From positions 310,001 to 374,000 of the forward strand of contig NW_027191466.1 of the NCBI RefSeq assembly GCF_011745625.1: a stretch of DNA of 64,000 nucleotides, given 5' to 3'. Shown here piece after piece: positions 37,494 to 50,808 of this stretch. The notes under the pieces are model-generated. The model was given only the letters and a program-made list of their open reading frames with translations, was not told the origin of the DNA and ran no database searches. The first letter of the stretch is position 1. Every line of letters begins with the position of its first letter. The DNA is from Cladosporium halotolerans (taxonomy: Eukaryota). The position numbers and the translations under genes are program-made.

Positions 37494-38090
37494 GGGTCTT
37501 GGGATGAAGAGGATGTGATGATGATTTCGTAATCTTCTTTTACCTTTATATAATACACGGCTGCCTGGTGGCGGCGAAGACGTAATGTAATGCCATGTGT
37601 ATACACGAATTGGTTTCCTGCAACTTGTGCTTCAAACGCATCGTCCAATGTGCATTCTGTGGATTTTCTGTGTCGGAACTTCATCTACTGTTGGCCACAG
37701 ATATTTGATAGCCAGCTTCTATACTTCTTGGGATGTGCTCGAGCTTCTGGAAGAGGCGTTTCAAGCGCTGATTTCTATGCTTACTTCCTCGCATGGAAGC
37801 CCACATGTTCCTCTACTCAGTCAGAACGTTGAGCATACAACGTTGGAACAAGACTAGGCAGCAAGTCGCGAGATCGATGAGTATAGTGTATCAGAATGGT
37901 GCAAGGCAAAGGAGTTGTGAAGCTCGACTCCAGCACCCAGCTCCTCCCACCCCCAAGCGCGGAACGCTTCCGAGCCCCCTGCACAACTGCCAGCAACAGC
38001 AGCGTGTCCTAAACACTCCCCGTCGCCGTCGTCGCACCACCCTTTCAAGCAAATAACGACCACTTGCTCGCTCGGCGAGAAACCGCCAAG

Positions 38091-38901
38091 ATGCTCTTCG
38101 CCCTCGAGCTCCTCTTCGCCTTCCTGCTCCCGCTCGTCGCGGCGCTGAAATTCGACATCCAAGCCCACCCGGGTCACGAGTCGGCTAGCAAGGAGCGCTG
38201 CATTCGGAATTTCGTCGCGAAGGACCAGCTCGTTGTTGTGACGGCGACTGTTAGTGGCAGCAGGGGCGACGGGCAGACGTTAAATATGCATGTGAGTGTG
38301 GCCCTCAGTTGGGATGAGATTGGGGGATTATTTGGGGGATAGGAATTGTACGGAAGAGCTATGAGAGGGATTATTGCCAGGGAAACTTGCAATTGGAGCT
38401 CTAAAGCATATGCGAGTCCTAGGGCTAAAGTAATGCTGACACATCAACCCCCAGATCAAAGACGCCGTGAACAACGACTACGGCCGCCCGCGCGACGTCG
38501 TCGGCGAGTCGCGACACGCCTTCCACGCCATGGCCGACACCGCCTTCGACGTGTGCTTCGAGAACATCCTGACGGCCACGCACGCGATCGCCGACCCGTA
38601 CCGCAACGTCGAGCTCGACATCGACATCGGCGCCGACGCCAAGGACTGGAACGCCATCCAGGCCGGCGAGAAGCTGAAGCCTGTGGAAGCGGAGCTGAAG
38701 AGGGTGAGCGAGGTAGCGTCGGAGATCGTGGCGGAGCTGGACTACTTGAGGGGCCGCGAGATCAGGCTTAGGGATACGAACGAGAGCACGAACGAGCGCG
38801 TCAAGTGGTTTGCTATCGGCACCATGGGCATGTTGATGGCGCTTGGTGCGTGGCAGATCGTGTACCTGAGGGCTTACTTCAGGTCGAAGCATTTGATCTA
38901 G
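38091..38901 (+). CDS. ERV25: p24 family cargo receptor Erv25/TMED10; exons 38091-38291, 38455-38901
   Basis: Signal peptide, GOLD domain (RCIRNFV...FDVCFEN), [24 protein letters not shown] segment, C-terminal [12 protein letters not shown]. Intron 38292-38454 GTGAGT...GCTGAC...CAG. Confidence 0.93.
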
Positions 38902-39577
38902 GAGCTTGGGTGGACATATGTACGAGACGAATTGAGGATGCAGCGGTGTTGTGCACAGGTGAGCTGCTGCCGCCGTGTATGACACGTGCATGCCCTGTCA
39001 TGAAAATCATACTGCCATATTGTTCAAATTTGCCCCTTGATTTATGTCCTGGACTGCCGAACCATGAGACTGATCTGTGATCAATGCACTGAGGGGCAAA
39101 CCCTTGTGATGTTACGCATGGTCCAGAAGCTGCCTTTCGCTCATTCTATTTCTCAAACACTCCTATGATCCGACACTCCCCTCACTTGACGAGGGATTCC
39201 TCTTCATCGCTCTGCGCTTCGCTGCATGTAGCATTTCGATGGCCACGGCCATCAGAAAATGCGATTGCTGCTTCCAGAACCGCCAGGAACGCCTACCATC
39301 GAAGAAACAAACACAAACGTTCCGAGCACCTACTTGACCAAAGATGAGAGCACAAAAGCCGCAAGGCGCCTGCCAAAACCCAGGCCCAAACCACAACAGC
39401 TCGACCAAATGTTTCCGGCATAACTCGGAACCCATCACAGCCTATACGAACTCATCCTCTGATGCATTCAAAAACAACCTCCGCCGGCACACAGCCCTCC
39501 TATCACCATACCACCAACTCCGCACCCACACGGCCCCACCAACACCAACACCCACCCCCTGCCCGCACCGAAAGAGC

Positions 39578-39901
39578 ATGACCTGCACTCACACAGCCCT
39601 CCTCTCCAGCACGGCCAACTTCACGCCCTACACCTGCCGCTGCTCGACGACCTCCCTGCGAGCCAGCAACAAAAACAAAAACACGCACGGTCCTCACCCG
39701 ACTGCTCAAGCGCTAGCAGAGTGGTGCTACTGCTCGAACGACAAGGGGCACAGTTCGGCGGCACGGAGGAGGTTGAGGGAGCTGGCGTTGGGGGATATGC
39801 CGAGGGCGCTGGAGAAGCAGAGGGAGTGTGCGGGATTGAGGAGTGGGTTAGGGAAGGGGTTTAGAAGGTGGAGGTGTAGAGAAGAAGGAAGGGGTTTGTG
39901 A
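39578..39901 (+). CDS. Possible small hypothetical protein
   Basis: ORF MTCTHTALL...AEWCYCSNDKGHSSAARRRLRELALGD... shows the C-rich start and G-rich end seen in real genes here. No recognised domain. Confidence 0.3.
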   Translation: MTCTHTALLSSTANFTPYTCRCSTTSLRASNKNKNTHGPHPTAQALAEWCYCSNDKGHSSAARRRLRELALGDMPRALEKQRECAGLRSGLGKGFRRWRCREEGRGL

Positions 39902-40184
39902 AGTGTGGTAGATTCACGGAGAAGATTGTGGGTTTGGTGCTGGGATTGAGGGATTGCGGGACCTGGTGTTTCTTTTGATGGACAGAGGGGTTGCAGTTCT
40001 GACTCTTTTCCTGCCATGAACTCTCTTTGGTATTTTCATTGTCTACAGGTCCTTTTGTTGGAAAGAGGGGTTGCGTGGATGACTGTTGTCCAGCCATGAG
40101 TCCTCTCCAGTATCTTGACTGCACATACAGCAGCCTTCTATCGAAACCAAACAATACCTTTTTCACCTCCTAAAAGACCTACGC

Positions 40185-42116
40185 TCAATACTCCGCATCC
40201 CTCCTCAACAATACCTCCCCACCACCAACGTTGCTCCTGCCAGCAACACTACTCTTCAGAATCCCCGCCCCAACCAAATCCCTAACAAGATCATAGATCA
40301 GCCCATCGCACCCCGGCGCCGCCATAATATCCACCGTGACGGGCAACTTCTCCTCATGCTGCGTAATGTTCGAAAAATACGTCGCGTCCCCAATCGGCAC
40401 GACGAAATCCGGGCCCCCGCCAAAAGTCGACATCATCGCGTCCGTCCAGCCCGTCGGCGGCTTCGGGGCGCCGCGGTACAGGTTCCTGTACTTCGTGTCG
40501 GCCTTCGAGCCGACGTAGAACAGGAAGCCGTCGCTGCAGGTCTCGTCGTTGGGCGCGAGGACCTCGCTCGAGAACCAGTCGGAGAAGACTTTGCGCTTGC
40601 GGTTCTCTTCGGCGAGCTGCGTGGGCGGGAAGGACTCGCCGAAGGCCCAGCGGGCGAGCGGGGAGGGGTTGACGAAGGGTTTGCGGCCGTCGTTGGCGGC
40701 GGCGTAGTCGGCGTAGAAGGGGTCGCGGACGTTTTTGATTTGTTGCTGGGCGATTATGACGGGGTAGGTGAGGTTGAGGTAGGCGTCGAGGGAGGCGGTG
40801 ACGTTGGAGGGCTGGGCGGCGGACCAGGCGGAGGGGAGGTCGATTGTGGTGGTGTTGGCGGCGAGGAAGGCGGTGACTTGGTCGAGGAAGTTGATCAGGA
40901 GCTCGTCGCCGGGTGCGGAGGCTTCGGTGGGGAAGCCGCTGGCTAGGATGCGGTTGGGGTGAGTGGAGGGGAAGCTGATGTTGCCTTGATAGAGGACTTC
41001 GGCGGCGTCAGCCCAGAGGAGCGGGTCCCGGGTGAGGAAGCCGGCGGTGTCGAGCTCGGGTGCGAGGGGCATGGCGCCGGTGAGCTCGACGAGGTTGTGG
41101 CTGGGCCTGTTTCCATAGACGCCCTGCACGTTGGATGGAGCACGGATCGAGTCGCCAGTGTCGCTGCCGAGGGTCAAGTCGAGCCAGTCGTAGGCACCAG
41201 CGCCAGCTCCAGGGCCAGAAGACGAAGAGCTAGGGTCCTGGTACCCATCGCCTCTGGGGTTGAAAGGGCTGTGGTAGTCGACCCAGTCGGCAGTCGGAAC
41301 CTCTCCGTTTGCGAAATGCGAAGTCTTCATCTTGCCGCAGATAACAGCGCCAGCATCGATGAGCCTCTGGACAACGACTGCCGTCTCGTCGGCCGGCGGG
41401 TAGAGGCGGTACCATGCTCTGTTGCCGTTTGACGTCCTTATGCCCTTGATGTCGAAAATGTCCTTGATGCCTAGACGCACACCAGCGAGAGGCTTGTCTG
41501 CAGTCTTAGTGTAGTAGAGCCTGGACGGCACCGCAACAGCTAGGGACTGACCAGGAAGATTGGCCGGAAGGATGCTGAAAGTACCGTCGGCAGCGGGGAA
41601 GAGTGTTTCAGAGAAAGCGCCAGTGAAGTCGCTGTAAAGTCTCCAAGCCTCATACACGTCGCCGGTAGATGACACAAAGTACGGTCCGTTCGGAATGCTA
41701 TTGTTGCCTGTCACGGCGCTGCTCCAGACGCTGGTCACGTTCTCGGCGTTGCTCAGCTTCGGGGAGAAGCCACGGCGGCCGTACGACTGTTGGCCGACAT
41801 ACTGGACGAACACAGACTCCAGGAAGCCAGCGGAGAACACGTCGTCCGTCGAAGTGAAGTTGGACACCGCAGCTCCAAAGTCTTCAGCGCTGTAGCCAAA
41901 GTTTTCGGTCGAGATGATGGTCAAAGGCGTCAGATCGGCTGCCTTGACCTTGCGAGGAAGCGAAGAGGCATCAAGGGTGGCAACAGACTCTGCTGGGACA
42001 TAGAACGAGACGCCATCAAGCACGACCGTCTGACCTGTGGATGAAAGAGAAGAAGCGAATGTGGGAACGAGAATGCAGCATGCCACAGCGGCAGCTGAGG
42101 AAAAGAGAGACGGCAT
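40185..42116 (-). CDS. Secreted amidase-signature family protein (GatA-like fungal amidase)
   Basis: Signal peptide, [14 protein letters not shown] (catalytic Lys), [45 protein letters not shown]. Confidence 0.9.
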   Translation of the reverse strand: MPSLFSSAAAVACCILVPTFASSLSSTGQTVVLDGVSFYVPAESVATLDASSLPRKVKAADLTPLTIISTENFGYSAEDFGAAVSNFTSTDDVFSAGFLESVFVQYVGQQSYGRRGFSPKLSNAENVTSVWSSAVTGNNSIPNGPYFVSSTGDVYEAWRLYSDFTGAFSETLFPAADGTFSILPANLPGQSLAVAVPSRLYYTKTADKPLAGVRLGIKDIFDIKGIRTSNGNRAWYRLYPPADETAVVVQRLIDAGAVICGKMKTSHFANGEVPTADWVDYHSPFNPRGDGYQDPSSSSSGPGAGAGAYDWLDLTLGSDTGDSIRAPSNVQGVYGNRPSHNLVELTGAMPLAPELDTAGFLTRDPLLWADAAEVLYQGNISFPSTHPNRILASGFPTEASAPGDELLINFLDQVTAFLAANTTTIDLPSAWSAAQPSNVTASLDAYLNLTYPVIIAQQQIKNVRDPFYADYAAANDGRKPFVNPSPLARWAFGESFPPTQLAEENRKRKVFSDWFSSEVLAPNDETCSDGFLFYVGSKADTKYRNLYRGAPKPPTGWTDAMMSTFGGGPDFVVPIGDATYFSNITQHEEKLPVTVDIMAAPGCDGLIYDLVRDLVGAGILKSSVAGRSNVGGGEVLLRRDAEY

Positions 42117-43161
42117 AATGGAAACCCTACTGGCCTTGAAACAAACTCACCTCGATTGCCTCATGGGCGTCGCCATTTATATGCTGCAACATTCTCTCCT
42201 AAGCCGCGAGCAGCAGTGAGGACACATGAGAAAGTCAATTGCTCTAAGGAACGACCGACGGAGTGGATACCGCGTCCTCACTCCACGCGGTCGTGCCCTC
42301 AATAGATGCTTCCTTGGTGATCCACGGCTAAGCCCCGGCGGAAGGATCTAGGAAGCGTATCCTGGCGATCTGCGTGTCAAGGCTTCTATACCAGAAAACT
42401 GAATTGTGGTGAGGTTCCGACTCCACGATAATAACGCGGCGGGATGCCGCGTGGGGCCAATGCGGGGCGAGTCGCATCCTCCTACGCCGTGCTGAGGAGC
42501 TGCAGATCTGTTTTGTCGCATTCGTTTCTTTCTCACTTCGCATATTTGAAAATCGCACGTTTGAACCTTGATGTCTGACGTCGTGGCCTCTGTAAAAAAA
42601 TCTGATCTTGGAGCAGATAAGATCCGGCCAAGGAAGCCGTGCCACTTGGCGAGCGAAGATCACTTTCTCAAGCCGCAGGCTGTTACGCGATAGCAACCCA
42701 GAAATCAGTCATGAGTAGCCCTCCCACCACTCCCTTTGACATTGGAAAACCCAGGGACCACGCACGTGTTGCAATATACTGCGATGTCGGATGAGCGATA
42801 TACCAATGCTGGGGGTAATCGTTTAGCACATAGGTTGCTCTGGCTCCCGGCTTCTCATCGCGATTCGAGATGGCGTGCGCTTGAGGAATTGCGGTCTGCT
42901 TCATGCTTGGAAAGGTTTCTCCGGCATTTCGTCCGTACGATGGATTAGACGGGGAGGCCTGCGTTGATCGTACCTCGCACGATTTTTAATCTACATTCTT
43001 TGCGAGTGCACCACGGAGGGGTCGAGGTTGCGCATTCTCCTCGAGCAGGCTTCACGGAGCGAGCACGGCGTCTGAAGAGTGGTCGATGCCAGAATGATGT
43101 TCCCCGTGCTTTTGAGCTTCTGCGTGACAGTCCGCACGGCTAGCAACAAGCCCACCCCTTA

Positions 43162-43926
43162 TCACAGATCCTCCCAAGGCAAAGTCTCATTGAACACTTC
43201 GGTCCCGCTCTTGCCTCCTTTCCACTCCATGAGCCGCTGAACCTCACCTTCAAGATCCCCGAACAACGCCTTCCTCTTGCGTCCCGTCCAGCCACGAGCA
43301 CGGCGCTTCCCATTCAAGGGCTCGCTCATGCCATACAAGTCCTTCGCAAAGGGCTCGTACCCTCGCGCCAGCTCGCCCTTCTGCACGTCTTGGAGCTCTT
43401 CAAGAGTGAAAGGAGGGTTGATGCCTATGACTCGCAAGCTATGGGCCGGATATTTGAGGGCAGGGCCGTGGAGCTCGAGGAAGCGGCGCTCCTTGAAAGC
43501 GTGCGTGACGACCGTTATCTTCTCGGGATATTTGCCGACGATCTGCTTGAAGCGGACGATGGAGAAGAGCAGGTTCTGAAAGCTGTCCGTCGCGTTCGTC
43601 TCAACGTCGACCCTCGCCATGTCCACACCCAACTGATAGGGGTGGGCTTTATTGAACGCGAGCCGATAGCTCTCAGCCTCCGTGCGGTTGATCATATTTT
43701 GCGTTTTGCCGCCGGAGAAGAGCAGAAATGAGTACGGGTCCTGCGGCAGGATTCTGACCCCTGCGAAGATGTGGGCATGGAAAGTGTCGTGCTCGCCGAC
43801 TTTGCCGGTGCTGGGGTCGGAGCGCTGGAAGTCCTGCAGGATCCATGAGCTCTCATCGCTCGGATGACCGCCTTTGTATGTGGCATGGCAGCAGACCACG
43901 ATGAGGTGCGTGTAGATCATCGGCAT
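43162..43926 (-). CDS. DUF218-domain protein (yeast YOR238W-like)
   Basis: HLIVVCCHA, LLFSGGKT, TEAESY, ETNATDSFQNLLFSI, ITVVTHAFKERRF. Confidence 0.82.
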   Translation of the reverse strand: MPMIYTHLIVVCCHATYKGGHPSDESSWILQDFQRSDPSTGKVGEHDTFHAHIFAGVRILPQDPYSFLLFSGGKTQNMINRTEAESYRLAFNKAHPYQLGVDMARVDVETNATDSFQNLLFSIVRFKQIVGKYPEKITVVTHAFKERRFLELHGPALKYPAHSLRVIGINPPFTLEELQDVQKGELARGYEPFAKDLYGMSEPLNGKRRARGWTGRKRKALFGDLEGEVQRLMEWKGGKSGTEVFNETLPWEDL

Positions 43927-44893
43927 TTTGGAGCATATGGCTGGAGTCAGAGGCTACGGAGTCGCCGAGTCGTTTTTGCTAGTTTCTAGACGAGAGACGG
44001 CAGCGATTGCCGATACGACAGCGCATTCGTGCGATTGCGTGCTGTCGTGCGACAGTCCTGTATGCAGTCGCCGGGGCGGGCGTGCGACAATGCCTTGTGC
44101 GCACGAGTCAAGAGAACAGGTGGATGAACGAGTCAAGGATTCTTCACAAGGCAGATCTGCCGCTACCACAGGGTGTGGGTCTCTCAAAGGGCAGGCCACA
44201 TGTGAGGTGGGTCACATCGTGTGTGAAAGGCGACGGCACGGTGGCAAATGAATTCCATCCTCCTTCTGGGCGCCTTTTGCTTGGGACACGAGGTTGCTCG
44301 AGGCGCAGCAGCGGGTGTAGCGGGCTGGTGGTGTTTAGCGCGAGGAAGGATGATATTTATGGAAAACCGTTGCGCGTCGAGAAACCGGGGGTGGAGCTGC
44401 GAGGGCGAGGAGGAATGGTGGACGCGGAAGAGCGCGTGACCGGCGTTGGCAGCAGACCTGCACTGCAGCGCGAGGCAGATATACAGACGCAGCGCGGTAG
44501 GTAGCGTTGCGGAAAGCCATAAGCACTGCAATCTCATCTCGCGGGAGCAGTCAGCGGCATCTTCAAACATTGGCGTTTCGCCCAAAGGCCTGAAACAAGG
44601 AGGCGGATTGCTGGCGCCGCCGTTGGCCACTGACGACCCTCGGACCCTGCAGGTCGCTCCGCCAGCGAGCTGCCCACCTCCGCAACTCACATTCTGCCCT
44701 GCCATCCACTAGCCAGCCCTTTGTCTCCCACTGCACGCCTGGGCATCTTCACCTACATCTCCTTTCCATTCTTTATCCGCGGCACACACATTGCCTCCTC
44801 ATTACCATCATCGCGTAGACCGCGCGATACCGCCGCTCATTCGCGCCGCTTGACGTCCTAGCCTTCCGCTTTGCGGGCATTCCAGCAGACACC

Positions 44894-47736
44894 ATGGCAT
44901 ATCAGGGAGGAGGCGGCTACGGCGCTCCCCACCGCGATGCCTCGCCCGCCGGGGTATGTGTGAAGCGCTCGATTTGCACGTGAATGACGTGGAAGCTAAC
45001 AAATTGATGATCAGCAGCCCTACCACGCGCCTCCACCGCATCACGACAGTGATGAGGAGGTCGAGCGTTCCCTTCTTCACACCAACCCCAATGGCCCTTT
45101 CAATGGCCCCTTCGACGATCCCACCAGCCGCACAGGAACTCCTGGCGGTCCAGACACCCGAGGCTACCAGCTCGAGGACTCCTACATGGGAGCTCATGCC
45201 CCTTACAATAACGGCTATCAGGAGGACACAAGCTATGCGGGTACCACCTTGCATGACCCAGGCTATGGCAACGCGCCGGATCGCGTACCCAGCCCTTATT
45301 CGAGAAGCGAGACCGGCAGCACTGAAGCGTGGGCAGCGCGCCAGGCACCCGGCGCCAGCGCTCTCAAGCGTGGTGCTACCCGCAAAGTGAAGCTGGTACA
45401 GGGCGCTGTCCTGAGTGCCGACTATCCTGTTCCCTCTGCCATCCAGAACGCTGTGCAGGCGAAGTACAGGAACGATTTGGAGAGCGGTAGTGAAGAGTTC
45501 ACTCACATGCGCTACACCGCTGCGACTTGCGACCCGAACGACTTCACCCTCAAGAATGGCTACAATCTCAGGCCGGCCATGTACAACAGGCACACGGAGC
45601 TGCTCATTGCCATCACCTACTACAATGAAGACAAGGAGCTTACTGCGCGTACCCTTCACGGTGTCATGCAGAACATCCGCGACATCGTTAATATCAAGAA
45701 GTCGGAGTTCTGGAATAAAGGAGGCCCGGCTTGGCAGAAAATTGTCGTCTGCTTGGTTTTTGACGGTATCGACCCTTGCGACAAGGGTACTCTCGACGTG
45801 CTGGCCACGATCGGTGTGTACCAGGATGGTATCATGAAGAAGGACATTGACGGCAAGGAGACCGTTGCGCACATTTTCGAGTATACCACCCAGCTGTCGG
45901 TCACCCCGAACCAGCAGCTCATCCGTCCCATGGACGACGGCCCCTCCACTCTGCCTCCCGTGCAGATGATGTTCTGTCTGAAGCAGAAGAACAGCAAGAA
46001 GATCAACTCTCACAGATGGCTGTTCACCGCCTTCGGCCGCATCCTCAACCCCGAAGTCTGTATTCTTCTTGACGCCGGTACCAAGCCCGGCCACAAGGCT
46101 TTGCTCGCCCTGTGGGAGGCCTTCTACAACGACAAGGATCTTGGAGGTTCTTGCGGTGAGATACACGCATTATTGGGACGCGGTTGGAAGAACCTGGTCA
46201 ACCCACTGGTTGCTGCCCAGAATTTCGAGTACAAGATCTCAAATATTCTCGACAAGCCGCTCGAGTCCTCGTTCGGTTACGTCTCGGTGCTGCCAGGTGC
46301 CTTTTCCGCCTACCGATTCCGCGCGATCATGGGACGCCCTCTCGAGCAATACTTCCACGGTGACCACACCCTGGCGAAGCAGCTCGGACCGAAGGGTATC
46401 GAGGGTATGAACATTTTCAAGAAGAACATGTTCTTGGCCGAGGATCGTATTCTGTGTTTCGAGCTTGTTGCAAAGGCAGGCAGCAAGTGGCATCTGACCT
46501 ACGTCAAGTCTTCGAAGGGTGAGACCGATGTGCCAGAAGGTGCAGCTGAATTCATCGGACAGCGTCGTCGTTGGTTGAACGGTTCATTCGCCGCCACCAT
46601 CTACTCTTTGATGCATTTCGGCCGCATGTACCGTTCTGGCCACAACATCATCCGCATGATCTTCCTTCACGTCCAACTGATTTACAACTTGGCTAACGTT
46701 ATCATGACCTGGTTCGCATTGGGTAAGTAAATTGCGCGTTTCTTGCGACGCACATCACTAACTCCTCCCAGCTTCTTACTGGCTGACTACCATGGTCATC
46801 ATGGACCTTGTCGGAACACCGAGCCCGAACAACAACAACCAGGCGTGGCCTTTCGGCAACTCCGCAACCCCGATCATCAACACCGTCCTCAAGTACATCT
46901 ACCTCGGCTTCCTCCTACTGCAATTCATTCTTGCGCTTGGAAACAGACCGAAGGGTTCACGCTGGTCTTACATCACATCTTTCTGCGTTTTCGCCATCAT
47001 TCAGCTCTACATCATCGTGCTCTCGCTCTACCTTGTCGTGCACGCATTCACCAAGGGCGGCTTGATCGATACCAGTGGCGACACGTCGAAGGTAATCTCG
47101 GACTTCTTTTCACCTTCTGGAGCTGGTGTCATCCTTGTCGCTGTTGCAGCAACTTTCGGTCTCTACTTCATTGCCTCGTTTCTCTACCTGGACCCGTGGC
47201 ACATGTTCACCTCATTCCCGCAGTACATGCTCGTTGCCAGCAGCTACATCAACATCCTCAACGTCTACGCTTACAGCAACTGGCATGACGTTTCCTGGGG
47301 GACCAAGGGATCCGACAAGGCCGACGCTCTTCCCTCGGCTCAGATTAAGAAAACGGGTGACGGCAAAGCAGCCGTCATTGAAGAAGCCGACCTATCACAA
47401 GCAGACATCGACTCGCAATTCGAGCAGACCGTCAAGCGCGCTCTCACGCCTCACGTCGCTGCCAAGGAAGACACGAAGAAGACGCTGGAGGACTCCTACA
47501 AATCTTTCCGTACCCGTCTCGTCACCTTCTGGATCTTCTCGAACGCCCTCCTCGCCGTCATCATTACCAACGACAGCGCAGACAAGTTCGGCTTCAGCAG
47601 CGGCGCCACCGACCGCACGGCCAACTTCTTCCGCGCGCTGCTGTACGCCACGGCAGCTCTGTCTCTCGTCCGCTTCCTCGGCTGTCTGTGGTTCCTCGGC
47701 AAGACTGGCTTGCTGTGCTGCTTCGCCAGGAGATAG
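44894..47736 (+). CDS. Chitin synthase, class III (division 1); exons 44894-44953, 45015-46722, 46772-47736
   Basis: [78 protein letters not shown]-terminal CCFARR typical of class III enzymes. Confidence 0.95.
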
Positions 47737-48561
47737 ACGTGCAGTCTGCGTCAAACGAACGCCTGGTGCTTTGTTTCTACGCGTGGATCACCACCGATTG
47801 TTGTGGCCGATTATTGCATGGAAGGGCCGTAGTGGTGGGAGCGAATGCCTGCCCACATTGGAGACTGCGGCGAGGCAAGAATGCTTGGATATGGCCTTTT
47901 CTTCTCTACGACAGCGGCTTCTTCTCTAGTGTCTTTTTAACCCCCACCAATGTTGGGAATAGGGTGTATTGGTAGTAGCGATATGCCATACGAAAAGAAT
48001 GTTTGGTTCTCAATACAATACGTGCAATGACGTCTTGTGACCTCCATGTCCTGAGAAATCGAAATTTGCCGTGATATGCCTAAACTGCTGGCGAGCCATA
48101 AAGAGCGCAGTGTGAGAGTGTATAGATGTGGCATTGTGCGGGACACTTCATTCGATCAATCAATTTTAGCCAGCCTTGCAGCTTCCGAAAGCCAGACCCC
48201 GCGTCGGCGTGCCAACCTTCGTCCGAAAGTTTGCAGGCTTTGGTCGACCACGACGTGTCCGAGTATAGTCAATATCATAGTCACTCCGGCTGAAAAATCG
48301 GTGTTAATAGTCTAGAGGAGAAGGTAGTACGTTACACGTCTTTTTTTGAACGGAGAATGGATACATTCAGACATGATGCCTCTATCACATGACCTCATAC
48401 ACCTCAAACTTTCGGATGAACGATGGTGAAATTTAGTTTGGGCTGGAGCTTCAACTGTAGTGATCGACGAACAGCTGCTTCACACCGCGACACCTCCCCT
48501 CCAAACAGCGTATACTCTAGCTAGCACGAGCATACCGTGTCAGCTACACCTCCAACACACC

Positions 48562-49578
48562 ATGGCAATCACAGTCCTCCCACCCGCGCCCGCCGCGCCC
48601 CCACCAAACCCCAAACCCTACCACGACGACGCCGACTCCTCCCCCTCCGACGACGAAATGGACATCGACTCCCTCCCCACCACCAAATCCCGCACGAACA
48701 CAACAATCATCACCCCCGGGCAAACCGTCACCGACGACCCGCAATGGATGCGCGGCCACGGCACCACCGCCGCCCCCGACTCCAGCACGATCCGCTCCAC
48801 GCTCGCGGGCACGCTGCAAAAAACCAACAAGCTCCTCTCCGTCGTGCCCCTGCGCGCCCGCTACACGCCCGAGATCGGCGACCTCGTCATCGGCCGCATC
48901 GTCGAGGTCCAGGCGCGCAGGTGGAAGGTCGACGTCGCGGCGCCGCTGCTCGCGAACCTGCTGCTGAGCTCCATCAACCTGCCGGGCGGCATTCTGAGGC
49001 GCAGGACGAGCGTCGACGAGCTCAACATCCGGTCCTTTTTTGGAGAAGGCGAGCTGCTCGTCGCGGAGGTGCAGGGGCTCTTCCAGGACGGCAGCGCGTC
49101 GCTGCACACGCGCAGCTTGAAGTACGGCAAGCTGCGCAATGGGCAGTTCATGGCGGTCGCGGGTGTCGGCGGCGGGGCGGGCGTGGTGCGCGCGCGGCGG
49201 CAGATCTTCACGCTGCAGGCGCGCGGGGGCGAGGTGGATGTCATTCTGGGTGTCAATGGGTACGTGTGGATTGAGAAGAAGGCTGAGGAGGCGGCGAAGG
49301 AGAAGGAGGAGGTCGGGATCAATCGGCTGGAGCAGAGCACGAGCGAGGCGGTGTATTCGAGCCAGAACGACGAGATTTCGGAAGCGACGAGGAGGGATAT
49401 TGCGCGCGTGGCGGGCGTGGTAAGGGTATTGGTTGAGGGAAGTGTGAAGGTTGACGAGGAGAATGTGAGGAGGGGGTATGAGGCGGGGTTGGAGTTGGAT
49501 GAGGAGGAGGGGGTGGTGGATTTTTTGAACGGGGAAAGGGGCGCGAGGATTTGTGAGATGGTGTTGAGTGGTGCGTGA
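48562..49578 (+). CDS. RRP4: Exosome cap subunit Rrp4 (S1/KH)
   Basis: [69 protein letters not shown]. Confidence 0.95.
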   Translation: MAITVLPPAPAAPPPNPKPYHDDADSSPSDDEMDIDSLPTTKSRTNTTIITPGQTVTDDPQWMRGHGTTAAPDSSTIRSTLAGTLQKTNKLLSVVPLRARYTPEIGDLVIGRIVEVQARRWKVDVAAPLLANLLLSSINLPGGILRRRTSVDELNIRSFFGEGELLVAEVQGLFQDGSASLHTRSLKYGKLRNGQFMAVAGVGGGAGVVRARRQIFTLQARGGEVDVILGVNGYVWIEKKAEEAAKEKEEVGINRLEQSTSEAVYSSQNDEISEATRRDIARVAGVVRVLVEGSVKVDEENVRRGYEAGLELDEEEGVVDFLNGERGARICEMVLSGA

Positions 49579-50808
49579 GGGGAGGGATCTTGACGGGTTA
49601 CAACGATATTCTGACCAGGCGCGAGACTGCCTGGGAGGATTCAATTTCAGACGACCGAGCTGGCCGACCAGAGCCAGACGGTAACCGTCCAGCCCTGCCA
49701 TCACCGGAGGAGCCTGTAATCCGGATCTGGAGGGCCGCGCTGCGAGCACGCCACGAGGGTACAGTGGATGATGCCAGGGGATCATCATGAAAAGCATGCG
49801 AGCACCGATCTCGACATGCAACAGGATTTCACTTCGTCAAGAGGCTCGCTCTGGCGGAGAAGCAAGCAAGCTCCGTCATGATCTACCAATTGCGCTGGAA
49901 TAGCTCCGTAGACATCGAATCAGTAGCTGAATGTATCCGGGAAGGGTACGAGGGGCGTCTTTCGCGACCATTGTTCTTCTTCGATCGAGATTCACTCGTG
50001 ATTCCCTTCCTGGAAAGATCACAAAAGTCAACGAACAAGTGATATGTAACAAACGCACCTGGCATAAGCATTTGACACCAGACCACGAAAACAATTGCAA
50101 GTACGGAATCATTAATCAACAGTAGACCGCACAGTATACCTGATTAGGGTGCCACAAGCAACGACCGCAGATCCGATCGGCGCTGTATCGCTTTGTTCCT
50201 GCACGCAGAAACTTTCAGACAAGAGGGGGAAAAAAGGCCTATGGGTTGGGACCAAGGTTCAGCCACTCTGAGATTGGTGCTGCCCAACAGAGAAGAAAAA
50301 GGCAAAGCAAAGCACTATACCGACCACGTTCGGCTCAACTTTTCAATCCGCAACCCGATTCACATCGGCTTTAGCAGTAAGCCGAGCAAATCCATAACAG
50401 CGTGGATTTGCATTAGAACGATATCGGCCCTCCCCCGCTCACCGTGCTTCGTTTTCCGGCACGAGGCACCCCGCGATCCCGCCTGGGCACACTTTAGTCC
50501 GTCTTCCTTGCATCCTTTCTACCCGTGCCACCCAATCCCCATGCCTCAATGTCGACAGTGGGGACATTTCGCGTCTCGGGGTATCATTAACCTCCCAGCG
50601 AAATCGTAGATACTGCGCCCTACTACCGCCATGAGCGCCCTACTCACCCACGCGTGCGTGTTGCTGCGCTCTTCTCTGTGTCATCGGTGTTTGACTTTAC
50701 TCTGACTAAGTGGATTCCTCTTCCTCTCTTCTTTTTCGTGACAAACATTCGGCAGATGTTGGCTAGCATTTAATTTCGTTCGCCAATCCTTCTACTGCCT
50801 TGGCGATC

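Noticed and set aside
38292..38454. Unusually long ERV25 intron as a snoRNA host or stwintron
   Set aside because: No C/D or H/ACA boxes and no second set of splice signals found.
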